Shown here in pieces: positions 34,461 through 46,269 of a stretch of DNA of 64,000 nt. The stretch lies in the IMG/VR virus record IMGVR_UViG_3300029309_000013, positions 15,314 through 79,313 of that record; one strand, written 5' to 3'. The DNA is from a virus. The translations under genes were made by a program, and so were the position numbers. Below the pieces are notes generated by a model. It saw only the letters and a list, made by a program, of their open reading frames with translations. It had not been told where the DNA came from and made no database searches. The first letter of the stretch is position 1; the number at the start of each line of letters is the position of its first letter.

Positions 34461-37400
34461 GGATTTATTTGGGCGCAAAGTAAAAAGTTATGATGAGCTA
34501 AGCCAGGACGTAGAGTCCCCAGAGTTCATTGATAAAGAAGTTGAGGAGAGAGGGACATTTATTCCTCCTATTGACTTCTCTACGGCCTCAAATTTTGTTT
34601 CCTACGGATCTGCTGAGCTTTACTACAAAAATTCGCTAGAGAGAATTTATGGAGAATATCCATACGATGGATCTCAAAAAGAAAAGGTTGAGTTTCAATT
34701 ATCTTCATCTTATTTGGATAGGTATCTTTTTGATAACAAATACCCTAAGAGTACTGGGTTTGGAGTGTTTGGTCAATCTGGTCAAGCAACTGGAACTTCA
34801 ACTGGCTATGGTACGTCATACTCCAGCAGAGAGTACGTATATATTCCTGGTGGGGTTAGGGTAGGGAAAGACTTTTCTGAGACTGCTAGGTTATCGACAG
34901 CCTTTGAGCAAAATGCAGTTTATGATGCAGATAATAAAAGACAAAAAGTTTTTCCAGTTGATCTTTCTGTAGGTACAACAGTTGAATTTTGGCTTAGAAA
35001 ACAGACAACCCCTTCGACTGGTACAAAAGAGGTCATTTTAGATCTGTGGAATGGTGTTGCCTCTGGATCCTCAGATTATGCTAGGATGACCATAGAGATA
35101 GATCTCAGCTCTACATCTGGTGCGGCTTTTAACGCAACTATAGCACAAGGACAACAGGCTGTTAATGCAGTGGGGTTTAAAAGGCAAGATATCAGCACCC
35201 CCTCAGTAAATCCAGCGTCGCTAACTTCCTGGAATCACTACGCAGTATCTTTTATTCAAACATCTATTGATAAGATCAAAACTAGATTTTATGTTAATGG
35301 TGATTTGAATTTAGAACAAGATCTTACCTTGGCTTTTGGCGGCGCCAATATTAACTTCTCTGGGCTTGTAAATGCTTTTATTGGTGCTTTACAGACCAAC
35401 CATACAGCAGAGACACAATCTCAGGGAGATGGTAAACTAATAGCTGATATAGACGATTTTAGATTTTGGAAAACAAGACGAACCTCTAGGCAAATTAAGA
35501 TTAATTGGAATCGTCAAATAGGCGGCGGTGCAAACACTGATGACAATACGGTTGACTTGGGACTTTACTATAAATTTAATGAGGGTATCACCACAGACGC
35601 GACAACAGACTCCACAGTTTTGGATTACTCTGGTAGAATAGCCAATGGATCGTGGACAGGGTACCAATCGTCTTCAAGAAATACGGATTCCGCCTTTGTA
35701 CTTTCAGGGTATGGCTCTGAGCCTGGTGATCCAATTATATATGCAACACACCCAAGTGTTTCTGCTTTGATCACCGAGATGCAAATTTCAGGCTCAGAGC
35801 ATGATGCTGAATATGGTAATAGACTGTATCATACACTACCAAGGTGGGTCATTGAACAAGATCAACAGAACGAAAAGAATCTAGAAAAAATATATCAGAT
35901 TATAGCAACATATTTTGATCAACTGCATACACAAATAACGGCATTATCAACACTTAAAGATAAGACATATTATCAGGATAACGTTAAGGCGCCCCCTTTT
36001 GGTAGAAGATTGTTGGAAGAAAAAGGATTTGTAACATCAGATATACTTGTAGACAGTGATATATTAGAGTTGTTTAGCAACAAGGCTCTAGACTCCCAAA
36101 CATTTACACAAAACATAGACGAGATTAAAAATAGAATATATATAAACATCTATAACAACCTCGAGGCTATTTTAAAGTCTAAAGGCACAGAGAGGTCAAT
36201 TAGAAACTTTATTAGATGTTTTGGTGTTGATGATGAAATTATCAAACTTAATGTATACACAGACGAAGGTATGCATTATTTTTCTGATAAAGTAAGAGAG
36301 AATTCATCACGAATAAGATATATTGATTTTAACGAGGAACAATATTCATCAGCGACAATTTTTCAAACCTCTTCCCTAAACAATCCAAACACGTTTATAA
36401 GTGGATCACTGGTCAGTAAGCTTGAGCAATATAGCGCATTTACTTTTGAAGCTGACTTAATAGTCCCTTTTAAAATACCAGAAGGTCAAACTGGCTTTTA
36501 TCATACCCCATTTTTATCTTCATCAGTATTTGGTTTTCACGAAGCCAGGCCAGCAGATCCTTCTGATTATACATGGGAGACAAACGAAAAAGCAAATTTA
36601 CAAGTTTATCTGGTAAGAAATACAAAAGACTCACCAGACGCAAGATTTGTAATTGAGAACCAGGATGGCTCAATACTTTTAGAATCTGACTATGTTAAGG
36701 GTATATACGATAATCAGCACTGGAATCTTTCTTTAAGAATCAAGCCGGACACATATCCATATGCTAATGTGGCCACAAACACAACACCCTCAGCCAGTAT
36801 TGAGTTTTATGCAGTTAATCATAATTTTGGCGAACTGGAGAATGAAATATTATTAACTGCCTCCGTATCATACGCTTCAGGATCAGCATATCTTTCAAAC
36901 CCAAAGAGGGTGTATGCTGGTGCTCATTTACAGAATTTTACAGGATCGGTGATTGAAAATACTGACGTAGAGATTGGAGCAGTACGAGCCTGGTTATCTT
37001 ACGCAGATAATGATGTTATTAAACAACACAACTTGGACCCAATGAATTATGGTTTATCAAAATCAGAACAGTCCGACAATATTTTTACCATTGATAATAA
37101 GCAAATACCATCCAGTGAGCTTTCTATTTTACATTGGCAGTTTGATACAGTCACTGGATCAGATGGGTCCGGCAATTTTATTGTAGAGGATTTCTCAAGT
37201 GGATCAACTGATACTATATATGGTTGGCCAGACAACATCATAAGACGAGAACATCGGGCAAAAGGTTTTGGATTTGGCGCTAATAAAACAAGTTTTGCAA
37301 GACATGAAAACGTATTTTCTATGAAAAAACAGTTACCTGAATTGTCTTATAATTTTGATGCGATCACAATTAAAGGTGATGAAGAAATAAATTTCATAAA

Positions 37401-40400
37401 AGATGAAGACGTTAGTGATAGTTTCTTTATTTTAGAAAAGAGTATATATGCAATTGTGTCCGAGGAGATGTTAAAAACATTTTCTACTATTCAAGAGTTT
37501 TCAAACTTATTTGGACACAGTGTCGACAGATATAGGATGAACTATAAATCCCTTGATCACGCAAGATCTATTTTCTTTGAAAGAGTTGAGCAAGACATAG
37601 ATTTCGAAACGTTCATAAATTACTATAGATGGATAGATTCATCAATCTCTACAATGGTTGAACAATTATACCCAGCCTCTGTGAGACATAGTGAGGGAGT
37701 AATAGACGTTGTTGAGTCTCATATTTTAGAGAGAAATAAGTATCAAAATAAGTTTGGTTTACTGGAAAGACTCTCAAGTACTGAGGGTTCTGTTAGGGGT
37801 GTAAATGAGCTTAATTATAATTGGGCTGTTGGACATGCCCCAGATTATAAAAACTTCATAAATCAAAACGAATTTAGCTTAAGAATAGCACAAGCTAGCT
37901 CTGATATATCTCGTTTTAAAATAACATCAACAGAGCAGCACTTCGATAGGTTTGTTACATCAATGTGGGTTAAGTTGGAATCAAACCCTGCCGGTAATGC
38001 AGAAATCAAATATATGGTTCTTGCCGACAGTAACCCAAATAAAGAATTTGTTCTTGAAACTTCCGGTAGTCATTTCCGAGCGAGATCAAAAACAGCAGAT
38101 CAGACAAAACTACACACCACGAATAATAGTTTCACACTGACCAACTGGAATCATGTTGCTTTCTATTTCGAAGGAACATCATGGTCAACAGCAGCAGTTA
38201 ATATATATGTTAATGGTGTTGCACAAACAACTACTGTAACAACCCCCGCTACTGGTACTGATAACGTACTAGCCACAGTCCAACAGATGTTTATACGACA
38301 AAATCAGACATCTGCTGTTAAGCTCGATGAGCTAAATATCATAACAGGCTCACTAACTACAGACCAATTCTCTGAGCTTTACAATGGCGGAAAATACTTT
38401 AATGTAGCCGAGGATTTTTCTAATAGGTTGGATTTAATAGCTAGCTATAGACTTGGTGACGCCCCAGGTGACGACACCGCTACAGTGCTAAAAGACGTTA
38501 GAAACAATAATGATTTTGTACCAAGCACAGTTGGGTCTCTTGCGGCTGCATCTTTTGTTGGTGATGTTTTTGATGCTGGTGCGATTGCTAGTGATAGTGA
38601 GACAGTAGAAAATACTCATTGCTTGTGGCAGAGAGAAAGAAAAGAGAGAACAGACATAACGGCTAGAGAGACAATCAGGCAAGTATTTGTAACAGACATC
38701 AGTTCCTCAATTCCTAATTTAGCACAGCCAGATAAGACAATTTATCAAGGTTCAACTTACGCCACCAGAAGATTAAGTAAACCATATAGAGTTGGTATTG
38801 AACTTAAAAATACAATTCATGGCGGTATTAATTACGCTCCTAAAAAAGATAGAGATTTTATAGCAACTGTTGTAAACCCACAGGGCGGTGTATTCCCATC
38901 TGGAACTCCAAGAAATGTATTTGTAGTAGGTACGGGTCAAGGTGCTGGTATTAACGAGCAGCAAAAATGTGATGATCCAAAGCCGCCCAATAATAAAGAA
39001 TATTATGATTTTATAGCACAAGCTGGTAAATATTCTGACGACTCTAATGGTCAGCCATTATCAGAGCTAGACGGCTTTGTCTACAAACTAGAGGGTAAAA
39101 AATACTATCCACTAAACTTAAAGAGGGCGACCGTTGAAACAGGATATAACCAACAGATTAATCGTCTATTTAAGTCTGACGCTGTGATCGTAAATTTACA
39201 CTCGGACACAACTGATTTTACAAATGAAATACCAATGCAGGGGCCTTTTACAAACACCCACGTTGGAGGCCACCAATCTCGTCACGTCCCACTCAATAGG
39301 CACGACACAACATTAGTTACTGAAGGCGGCGGAGCTACTTTAAACAATTTGGATGATCAATACTCCAGACCAGAAAGATGGAGACTAAAGCTTGGAGAGC
39401 ACCCCGTTGAAGACAATCGTGATGGTGCTATGGGCTTTGTTAGTCCGTCATACGGAGGTGATCTTGCTGGAGGTGGTTACATAGATACATCTCGTGAATG
39501 GGCAATATACTATCGCGATGGTAGGATCAAAAGGGCAGTAAATGTTCAGAACATCCAAGATAGAGTTAGCGATAATGTTTTGGGTAACTACAATAAGCTT
39601 TATCAGGTATTTTCAACCTTTGGTAATAAAAACAAAAGAACATTCGTAAAAGCCGGAGGATTATCGTTACCAGCCAATCTTTTAAGTTTGCCGCAAACAA
39701 CACAGCCTCTTACCAGATTTGATAGACAAAGCACCTTTGCAACACCAGAGAATAACCTAACTAGTTCTGAAGCGATTATTACAACTAGATTTTCCGCACC
39801 AGGATCTAGAGACACTGGTACTCGTGGCTTTCTTGATATAGCTAGTGGAGAAAAATCAGTATATAATTCAATTAACTTTAGAAACCTTGCTGTGCGTGGA
39901 TCCGGCTCTGAACCTGCTGAGGAAATGAGAGTTGTTGATCAGCTAAATGAGGGTAGAGGTCTGCAAACACTACTATCTTTGCATTCTGGAAGATTTGGCC
40001 ATGACCCAACTTTTGGATCAGTTGTAAGTTCAACCTATGTTACCAAGCCATCATTCCATAAACAACACAGGAACGATTTATATAGAAGAACTACTGCTGA
40101 TATTCAATCCGTTGGTTTATTGAGAGTCTCAAGCTCTAACGATATATATCTTGAGACCGATAACCTTGGTGGATTTGATACGCAAACATCTACCATCTCT
40201 ATGTGGCTTAAGTTTGATGGAACACCAGATTCTGGAAACTTTACGATGTTTGAAACAAATAAAATACTTATTAGATTTGTAAGCGCGACATCAATACAGC
40301 TCACCCTTTTTGACGATGTAAGTTCTTCAAAGTTTTCTTTACATACATTTACCATAAGTCACGATATAACCAAGTGGAATCATTATAATTTTAATATCAA

Positions 40401-41046
40401 TACATTCTCATCAGGTAATTTTGTTCTATATGTAAATGCAGACACCGCATACACTTCTTCAGTTTCATCACTAAACTCACCAAGCTTAATGCCCGAATTA
40501 AGAACTGTTAGGTTTTTAACCGGATCTGCTGTAACTGGTGGTGTTAATATAATGAATTTGTCCCTTTTCTCTCAAATGGTTAGTGATCCAACAAACAGAA
40601 CGACCCTATATAACCACACAAACGGAAGTGAAATTTCTAGCATCCCCGGACTTACTCATTTTTGGTCTTTAGGTGAAAATGAAGGTGTTACTGTTGGAGA
40701 GAATATAACCAATGGATTTAAATTTTCAGAAACCTTCACTGCAGCGACCAAACAAGTCACAGCCATAGTAACAGGTAGTGATTTACAGGGTACCGATGGC
40801 TTCTATACTGGGGAGGGAACTGGATTTGCAGATGACACATTACGTAACAACGCCCTAATTACTTCACCACTGCCTGCTTCTGATTTCCAATACAGTTGGG
40901 TTATGAGTACAATTAGTGGTTCAAACTGGAGAGATAATCAAAAAGTGTTTGGCTATGCCCCAAGAGATGGTCTATTAAGTTCATCAGCAGGGATTACAGA
41001 GGCGATCACATTCCCATCATCATCAGCATTATTCGGAGAGGATTAA
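34450..41046 (+). CDS. giant baseplate/tail protein with several LamG/concanavalin-like domains
   Basis: TVEFWLR...WNHYAV...FYVNG...IDDFRFW and SMWVK...WNHVAF...YVNG...LDEL repeats; KSKGTERSIRNFIRCFG baseplate-type motif. Confidence 0.7.
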   Translation: MSIKDLFGRKVKSYDELSQDVESPEFIDKEVEERGTFIPPIDFSTASNFVSYGSAELYYKNSLERIYGEYPYDGSQKEKVEFQLSSSYLDRYLFDNKYPKSTGFGVFGQSGQATGTSTGYGTSYSSREYVYIPGGVRVGKDFSETARLSTAFEQNAVYDADNKRQKVFPVDLSVGTTVEFWLRKQTTPSTGTKEVILDLWNGVASGSSDYARMTIEIDLSSTSGAAFNATIAQGQQAVNAVGFKRQDISTPSVNPASLTSWNHYAVSFIQTSIDKIKTRFYVNGDLNLEQDLTLAFGGANINFSGLVNAFIGALQTNHTAETQSQGDGKLIADIDDFRFWKTRRTSRQIKINWNRQIGGGANTDDNTVDLGLYYKFNEGITTDATTDSTVLDYSGRIANGSWTGYQSSSRNTDSAFVLSGYGSEPGDPIIYATHPSVSALITEMQISGSEHDAEYGNRLYHTLPRWVIEQDQQNEKNLEKIYQIIATYFDQLHTQITALSTLKDKTYYQDNVKAPPFGRRLLEEKGFVTSDILVDSDILELFSNKALDSQTFTQNIDEIKNRIYINIYNNLEAILKSKGTERSIRNFIRCFGVDDEIIKLNVYTDEGMHYFSDKVRENSSRIRYIDFNEEQYSSATIFQTSSLNNPNTFISGSLVSKLEQYSAFTFEADLIVPFKIPEGQTGFYHTPFLSSSVFGFHEARPADPSDYTWETNEKANLQVYLVRNTKDSPDARFVIENQDGSILLESDYVKGIYDNQHWNLSLRIKPDTYPYANVATNTTPSASIEFYAVNHNFGELENEILLTASVSYASGSAYLSNPKRVYAGAHLQNFTGSVIENTDVEIGAVRAWLSYADNDVIKQHNLDPMNYGLSKSEQSDNIFTIDNKQIPSSELSILHWQFDTVTGSDGSGNFIVEDFSSGSTDTIYGWPDNIIRREHRAKGFGFGANKTSFARHENVFSMKKQLPELSYNFDAITIKGDEEINFIKDEDVSDSFFILEKSIYAIVSEEMLKTFSTIQEFSNLFGHSVDRYRMNYKSLDHARSIFFERVEQDIDFETFINYYRWIDSSISTMVEQLYPASVRHSEGVIDVVESHILERNKYQNKFGLLERLSSTEGSVRGVNELNYNWAVGHAPDYKNFINQNEFSLRIAQASSDISRFKITSTEQHFDRFVTSMWVKLESNPAGNAEIKYMVLADSNPNKEFVLETSGSHFRARSKTADQTKLHTTNNSFTLTNWNHVAFYFEGTSWSTAAVNIYVNGVAQTTTVTTPATGTDNVLATVQQMFIRQNQTSAVKLDELNIITGSLTTDQFSELYNGGKYFNVAEDFSNRLDLIASYRLGDAPGDDTATVLKDVRNNNDFVPSTVGSLAAASFVGDVFDAGAIASDSETVENTHCLWQRERKERTDITARETIRQVFVTDISSSIPNLAQPDKTIYQGSTYATRRLSKPYRVGIELKNTIHGGINYAPKKDRDFIATVVNPQGGVFPSGTPRNVFVVGTGQGAGINEQQKCDDPKPPNNKEYYDFIAQAGKYSDDSNGQPLSELDGFVYKLEGKKYYPLNLKRATVETGYNQQINRLFKSDAVIVNLHSDTTDFTNEIPMQGPFTNTHVGGHQSRHVPLNRHDTTLVTEGGGATLNNLDDQYSRPERWRLKLGEHPVEDNRDGAMGFVSPSYGGDLAGGGYIDTSREWAIYYRDGRIKRAVNVQNIQDRVSDNVLGNYNKLYQVFSTFGNKNKRTFVKAGGLSLPANLLSLPQTTQPLTRFDRQSTFATPENNLTSSEAIITTRFSAPGSRDTGTRGFLDIASGEKSVYNSINFRNLAVRGSGSEPAEEMRVVDQLNEGRGLQTLLSLHSGRFGHDPTFGSVVSSTYVTKPSFHKQHRNDLYRRTTADIQSVGLLRVSSSNDIYLETDNLGGFDTQTSTISMWLKFDGTPDSGNFTMFETNKILIRFVSATSIQLTLFDDVSSSKFSLHTFTISHDITKWNHYNFNINTFSSGNFVLYVNADTAYTSSVSSLNSPSLMPELRTVRFLTGSAVTGGVNIMNLSLFSQMVSDPTNRTTLYNHTNGSEISSIPGLTHFWSLGENEGVTVGENITNGFKFSETFTAATKQVTAIVTGSDLQGTDGFYTGEGTGFADDTLRNNALITSPLPASDFQYSWVMSTISGSNWRDNQKVFGYAPRDGLLSSSAGITEAITFPSSSALFGED

Positions 41047-44000
41047 ATGGCCAAATATTATCAAGACTTTGTTGGACTGAATACATTTGTGTATATTCCC
41101 AATGGATATTATTTACCTGGAACATCAATAAGTGCAGCCAATATATCTAACAGACCAGAAAGTAAGACTGCTGGTGGTCTATTTTATATGCAACAGAATA
41201 CTATTGGTGGATATTCACTAGAGGGCGGAGAAGTTATTTTTCCATTAGTCGAGGACAGCAATGCAGGTGAGTTTATTAAGAATTTTTTATTCCCCTTTGA
41301 TTTACCAAATACCGCATCTTTTTACAACGCGATGCATGTTTATCACAATGGACCTTATGGATACCCAGTCTGGAGACAAGTTAGGGCCTCTCATAACCCA
41401 CTATCTAGAAAGCAAAGGAAAGAGAATATTTTCACCTTTGTTTCTGAACCAGGCGAGAAATTTCAAACACAAATAAACGGAAAGTTTTTTGATCGAACAA
41501 ATAGATTTGGATCTATTAATGTCTTCAAAGAACCAGTTGTTCAAAGCACAGAATATCCATTAGAGTTATACGCCGGTATTGATACTTTCTCCCATGCTCT
41601 TAACGAACAGGTCAATAGGAACATTGTTCTGAGAACCACTTTTGGTAACGAAATCGTTTTCTTTGCTAACGATGAAATTAATCGTCATTACGGCACTGAA
41701 CTGATAACCGATGCGAACTATGAAGATCTCAAGGGGCTGTATTTAGATGGCGGTCTTGAAGATGCAGGTTCTCCACTTAATAGTTTTAAGTTGTTAAGAT
41801 ACAAGCAATCTGTGTGGCCAAAAGCAGAGCATTCTTTCATGCACTCAACAAGATCAAGAACTTTCTATGTTAACACATTCTGGAGAGACTTGAGATTAGA
41901 CAGAACAGAGACTGGGGTTAGTAACAAGCAAGGAGCAACGGTCCCATTCCAATCAATGTGGCCACTCGATGCTGCAGCGGATTTTGAAACTAGAAGTCAA
42001 CCAAACGCAGCAACCGGTGCAAACCGAGGGTTTTTCTATTATATTGGTGGTCGATCTGGCTCTTTAGATCAAGGAGGGTTTAACACTGGGGACGATACAG
42101 AGACAAATTCCGGCACTCCTAACGCTTCTCTTGGCGGCAGTGGTATATTGCAAAACTCATACGCTCAAGTCTGTCGTGGGTCTTACCCTTCAAACACGGC
42201 TGCGTTTAATAGCTTTGGTGGTCAACCGTCAGAAGCTCTAACTGGATCATGTTACTATTCCAGAAGACATACGCTAAATTCTATAGAATCTGTGGTTTCT
42301 CCTTCTGGTATGTATATTGAAGAAACGGGCAGCTTAAGCGAAGTAGCAAAAGCTAATCTATTTGAGGGTGTGGCCGCATGGGATGCTGGTAGGCAATCCG
42401 GCAAGAATCCATTTTATGACTCTTATGAAAGCTATGGATCAGACATTAAATTGAAAGGGCAGGGCTATTCAATCATCCCAGAATTCAGAATTAGTTCTCA
42501 CGTTGAGACCTATGAGACCAAAGGTGTTACTGAGGAATTAAAGGAAATTTTTGAATTATCTGGTGCCCTAGAACAAAACACAACAACTAGCGGATCTTCA
42601 ACGTTTTACAAAGTTTTATCAAATAGTGATTTTATGCAACACTTTGAATTAATCAAGAAGGACCACAAAGATTTTGCAAACCCTATAGCAATATCATTGA
42701 AATGTAAAGCAATTAAGAAGTTTTTACCTTATGAGGGCTTTTACCCAGCAGAAAGAACCGTTAATTTAGCAGAGCAATTTAACAACTCTTATGGGTCTAA
42801 TATTTTTACTTACATTAATGGAGTACAACAAGAATCAAGTGATAATTTTGCAAAACAAGCTATCATTGAGCCATTATTTGCACCCGGTATTTTGTTTAAT
42901 ACGATTAAATCTGGCGTTGCCTGTGATTATCCTTTAATTTTTGCTAATGGCGGAATGGGAGTCGAAGAAAGAAATTCAGACGGCGACACTTCTGGGGATA
43001 GAATAAATTTTCTGATCCAGTCATCTTCGTATAACTCGGCAGCGACAGATTTGTTTAGTACATTTATTAGAATACCCTTTGAGGCGATTGTTGAACCAGA
43101 GAGGTTTTTATCCACCAGGGAGCTTCAATTGATGGGGTCACACCCTTTTGAGCTAGCGGGACAAGACTTAACAGCTCAATGGTCAGGGGATGGAGATTCA
43201 TTATATACAAAAATGGCCAATAACTTTCTTGCAGAGACTATTGATTTCTTTATGAAGGACAAAAGAATTACAACATTAGCATCTTTACCTTCTGAAAACC
43301 CAGCCTTTGGAAACGCAGAGTCTGGCTCTTTCTATGCTATGAGAATCAAAATGAAAAGATCAAGGAATAAGCCTAATGACTTTTTGCCTGGATTTGGATC
43401 AGACAAGGTTATCCCTCCTCAAGATTTATACCCAAGGTTTGGTGTTAAAGAAAATTTCACTATGTACTCTAGACCATCTGCTTTTGGGCCACCAATTGAT
43501 GGCGGTGGAGATACGACTGGTAGTTACGGAAATTCAGCCCAGTTTACAATCAGTGGTTCTGATAGTCTATGGGGCTATAATTTTCCTTATACACCACCAT
43601 ACTATTACGGAGAAGGGTGGTGTGACTTAATCTTTGAAGCAACAGAAACTAGAAAATATACCATTGATGAGATCTTATCAGCAGTAAAGGAGTTCCCTTA
43701 TTATACTAGGTTCTGGTGGAATGGTACCATGGACGCTCTCAGGGATGTAAATGGATATGCTGGAAGCGGTCAGTTAACCTCAGACATAGGTATTCGTACT
43801 GGAGCATACGCAGGGTACATTAATTCACCTTGGCATACTCTAATAACATCTAGTATACATATTGGTTCAACTTTAACATGCTCTGATGGCTCTAATTACA
43901 CTCAAGGCAACTGGGGGGATGCAATCCCGTCATCATCGTTTGGTAGCTACCCGGATAGAGTTACTTATCCTGAAACTGCTGGTAGTAAATACCTTGCATC

Positions 44001-45309
44001 TCACCCATACTACCTAAACTATAATGCAATGCAGATTAATTCTAGTGTTAATTTATTTGGTAAGGGTGTTGCTCGTATAACCAGAACCACAGATTCCGGA
44101 GAAGAACAGATCGTTAGTATCGATACAGAAGCAACAAGTGAAAGAAAATCAAGATGGATCATTCAGCCAAAATTTGAAACACCAATGTTAAACTTTAACA
44201 GTTATACAAATTTAACTACTGACGAGAACCTAACTTGTCCAACATACGCCTCAGAGTCAGTACCCAGAGGTATGTGGCATCAATACGGACTAGTTGAAGA
44301 AGACCCACAGAAAGGCGTTTTTCTAGAGATAGGTGATATCCCCCCTACTTGGTGGAAGGGCGCACTAGGTGTGAATCAAGGACTTCAGAATGCTAAGATA
44401 AAATCATTGGCTGATCTTTGTGGCTTCTCAAAAGATCCAGTAAAACTAGGCCAAGTTGGACAATCTAGGGAAATATCAGAGGCTGTTGTGGCCGTACCAT
44501 TTGTCGAGAGAGAAGGCACGAGACAATTTTTCTCACTTTCCAGGAGAGATATTGAAAGAGCAAAGACGGTGTTGAATTTAGAAGTTGAGCCTGGTGTTTT
44601 TGTAGCTTTAGGAGATAAGGGAGTAAACGTTTCAGAAGGCATACTGGACATGGTTAGAAATATGCAAAAATACGTATTTCCTCCGTCAATGGATTTTGTG
44701 AAGACGACTGAAATGGATCCGTTTGCAATGTATGTATTTGAATTCAAGCATGAACTAGATAAACAGGATTTAGCCGACATGTGGCAGAACCTCCCCCCAA
44801 AAATTGGTAGATCTTTTGAGGAGGCTGAGGTAACAATAGCTCATCCATTGTTAGCAAAAGAATTGCTCGGCGGAGGATCCGTTCTTTCCGAAGGCATACT
44901 ACAGAAAAATGCAAAAGGAAATGATGTACCAACAGATATTCAGTGGATGATTTTTAAGGTAAAAAGAAAGGCAAAAACAAATTATTTTGATAAAGTTGTT
45001 ACAAAAAAGGGTGAAACCACAGATAGTTCTAGTATAATTTTGGAAAATGCAACAGGGGAACTTGGAGAACCAGAAGGTTTCACGTACAACTGGCCATACG
45101 ATTTCTTTTCGCTTGTAGAACTAGTTAAACTAGATGCAGAGGTGATGTTTTCTAATGTTGATCCAACTACTGAAGACAGTGATCCAAGGCTGATAAAAAA
45201 GACAAGAGAACAAGATAGAGCATTAAGAGCAGGTCTACCTAGAAGCACAAAAGCAAGAAATAGTTTTGCTGGGCTAGGCGACAAAAAGGATGACGGTTCC
45301 AGGAGATAG
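41047..45309 (+). CDS. large virion structural protein (1420 aa)
   Basis: Long ORF in the tail cluster; G/S/T/Y-rich. Confidence 0.6.
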   Translation: MAKYYQDFVGLNTFVYIPNGYYLPGTSISAANISNRPESKTAGGLFYMQQNTIGGYSLEGGEVIFPLVEDSNAGEFIKNFLFPFDLPNTASFYNAMHVYHNGPYGYPVWRQVRASHNPLSRKQRKENIFTFVSEPGEKFQTQINGKFFDRTNRFGSINVFKEPVVQSTEYPLELYAGIDTFSHALNEQVNRNIVLRTTFGNEIVFFANDEINRHYGTELITDANYEDLKGLYLDGGLEDAGSPLNSFKLLRYKQSVWPKAEHSFMHSTRSRTFYVNTFWRDLRLDRTETGVSNKQGATVPFQSMWPLDAAADFETRSQPNAATGANRGFFYYIGGRSGSLDQGGFNTGDDTETNSGTPNASLGGSGILQNSYAQVCRGSYPSNTAAFNSFGGQPSEALTGSCYYSRRHTLNSIESVVSPSGMYIEETGSLSEVAKANLFEGVAAWDAGRQSGKNPFYDSYESYGSDIKLKGQGYSIIPEFRISSHVETYETKGVTEELKEIFELSGALEQNTTTSGSSTFYKVLSNSDFMQHFELIKKDHKDFANPIAISLKCKAIKKFLPYEGFYPAERTVNLAEQFNNSYGSNIFTYINGVQQESSDNFAKQAIIEPLFAPGILFNTIKSGVACDYPLIFANGGMGVEERNSDGDTSGDRINFLIQSSSYNSAATDLFSTFIRIPFEAIVEPERFLSTRELQLMGSHPFELAGQDLTAQWSGDGDSLYTKMANNFLAETIDFFMKDKRITTLASLPSENPAFGNAESGSFYAMRIKMKRSRNKPNDFLPGFGSDKVIPPQDLYPRFGVKENFTMYSRPSAFGPPIDGGGDTTGSYGNSAQFTISGSDSLWGYNFPYTPPYYYGEGWCDLIFEATETRKYTIDEILSAVKEFPYYTRFWWNGTMDALRDVNGYAGSGQLTSDIGIRTGAYAGYINSPWHTLITSSIHIGSTLTCSDGSNYTQGNWGDAIPSSSFGSYPDRVTYPETAGSKYLASHPYYLNYNAMQINSSVNLFGKGVARITRTTDSGEEQIVSIDTEATSERKSRWIIQPKFETPMLNFNSYTNLTTDENLTCPTYASESVPRGMWHQYGLVEEDPQKGVFLEIGDIPPTWWKGALGVNQGLQNAKIKSLADLCGFSKDPVKLGQVGQSREISEAVVAVPFVEREGTRQFFSLSRRDIERAKTVLNLEVEPGVFVALGDKGVNVSEGILDMVRNMQKYVFPPSMDFVKTTEMDPFAMYVFEFKHELDKQDLADMWQNLPPKIGRSFEEAEVTIAHPLLAKELLGGGSVLSEGILQKNAKGNDVPTDIQWMIFKVKRKAKTNYFDKVVTKKGETTDSSSIILENATGELGEPEGFTYNWPYDFFSLVELVKLDAEVMFSNVDPTTEDSDPRLIKKTREQDRALRAGLPRSTKARNSFAGLGDKKDDGSRR

Positions 45310-45315
45310 TAAAAA

Positions 45316-46269
45316 ATGACATTCTTTAATAAGAAAGAAGATGTAATCAAGATTGAGCTAACTCCCTACGGCAGACATCTTCTCTCGAAAGGAAAGTTAA
45401 AGCCTGCCTATTATGCCTTTTTTGATGATGATATATTGTACGACATAGCTGCCACTAACGGAACTGAAGAGCAAAACGAGATAGTTCCAAGAATCCTAGA
45501 GCAAACACCAAGAATTAGGCCACAAACTTGCTTAGAGTCACCAGAAATAAGCATATTTGAGAGCGACATGCTTTCTAGTGATTTAAATAGTAGACCAAAA
45601 ACTAGAGAAAAAGTCAACTTCTTAACAGACCCACTAGGCTCATCTGATAACACTAAAGATACAGCTCCAGGCTTTAGATCAGTGTTTATCCAGGGAGAGA
45701 TAGACTCTGTTCAGGCCGCCCTATCTAGTTCATATGGAGATAAGCAAATACCTCAAATTAATGCAACCATAGAATATAAGATGCAAATTAGAAACGAGAA
45801 AAGTGATCCCCTCGTTAGGGGCAGAAGAGTGTCCCCGAGGACCCCAGCATCTCTAATATATTCAGACGGAACTTATGTTGATATTGACGAAGAACAGATC
45901 ATAACTTTTCTAAAAGAAGTTGATGGCTTTGAAGCCAAAGATGGATTTGAGGTTGAGGTATATTTATTTGACGATACTAACGAAGAGAACTTGATACCGC
46001 TAAAATTTACTCCAAAGTTTGACTCAATAATTAATGGTATTTTAGTCGAACCCGAAGAGCAGGAGGTTGATATAACTCCCCAATATGTCGAGCATTATGT
46101 TAACTTTACAACAGACTCAGCGATTCCAGACCGACAAATTTGCAAAGGAATATCTAAGCTTAAGGCAGAAAACATACATATTGATATTCAAGTGGAATGC
46201 GAAGAGATAGAAACTACAGAGTTTGATATTTATGGAACTAGAGTTACTGATGTGGAGGTTTGTGAATAA
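45316..46269 (+). CDS. tail/baseplate structural protein (tail-collar-like N-terminus)
   Basis: IELTPYGRHLLSKG...YYAFFDDDILYD; paralogous to ORF 51276. Confidence 0.6.
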   Translation: MTFFNKKEDVIKIELTPYGRHLLSKGKLKPAYYAFFDDDILYDIAATNGTEEQNEIVPRILEQTPRIRPQTCLESPEISIFESDMLSSDLNSRPKTREKVNFLTDPLGSSDNTKDTAPGFRSVFIQGEIDSVQAALSSSYGDKQIPQINATIEYKMQIRNEKSDPLVRGRRVSPRTPASLIYSDGTYVDIDEEQIITFLKEVDGFEAKDGFEVEVYLFDDTNEENLIPLKFTPKFDSIINGILVEPEEQEVDITPQYVEHYVNFTTDSAIPDRQICKGISKLKAENIHIDIQVECEEIETTEFDIYGTRVTDVEVCE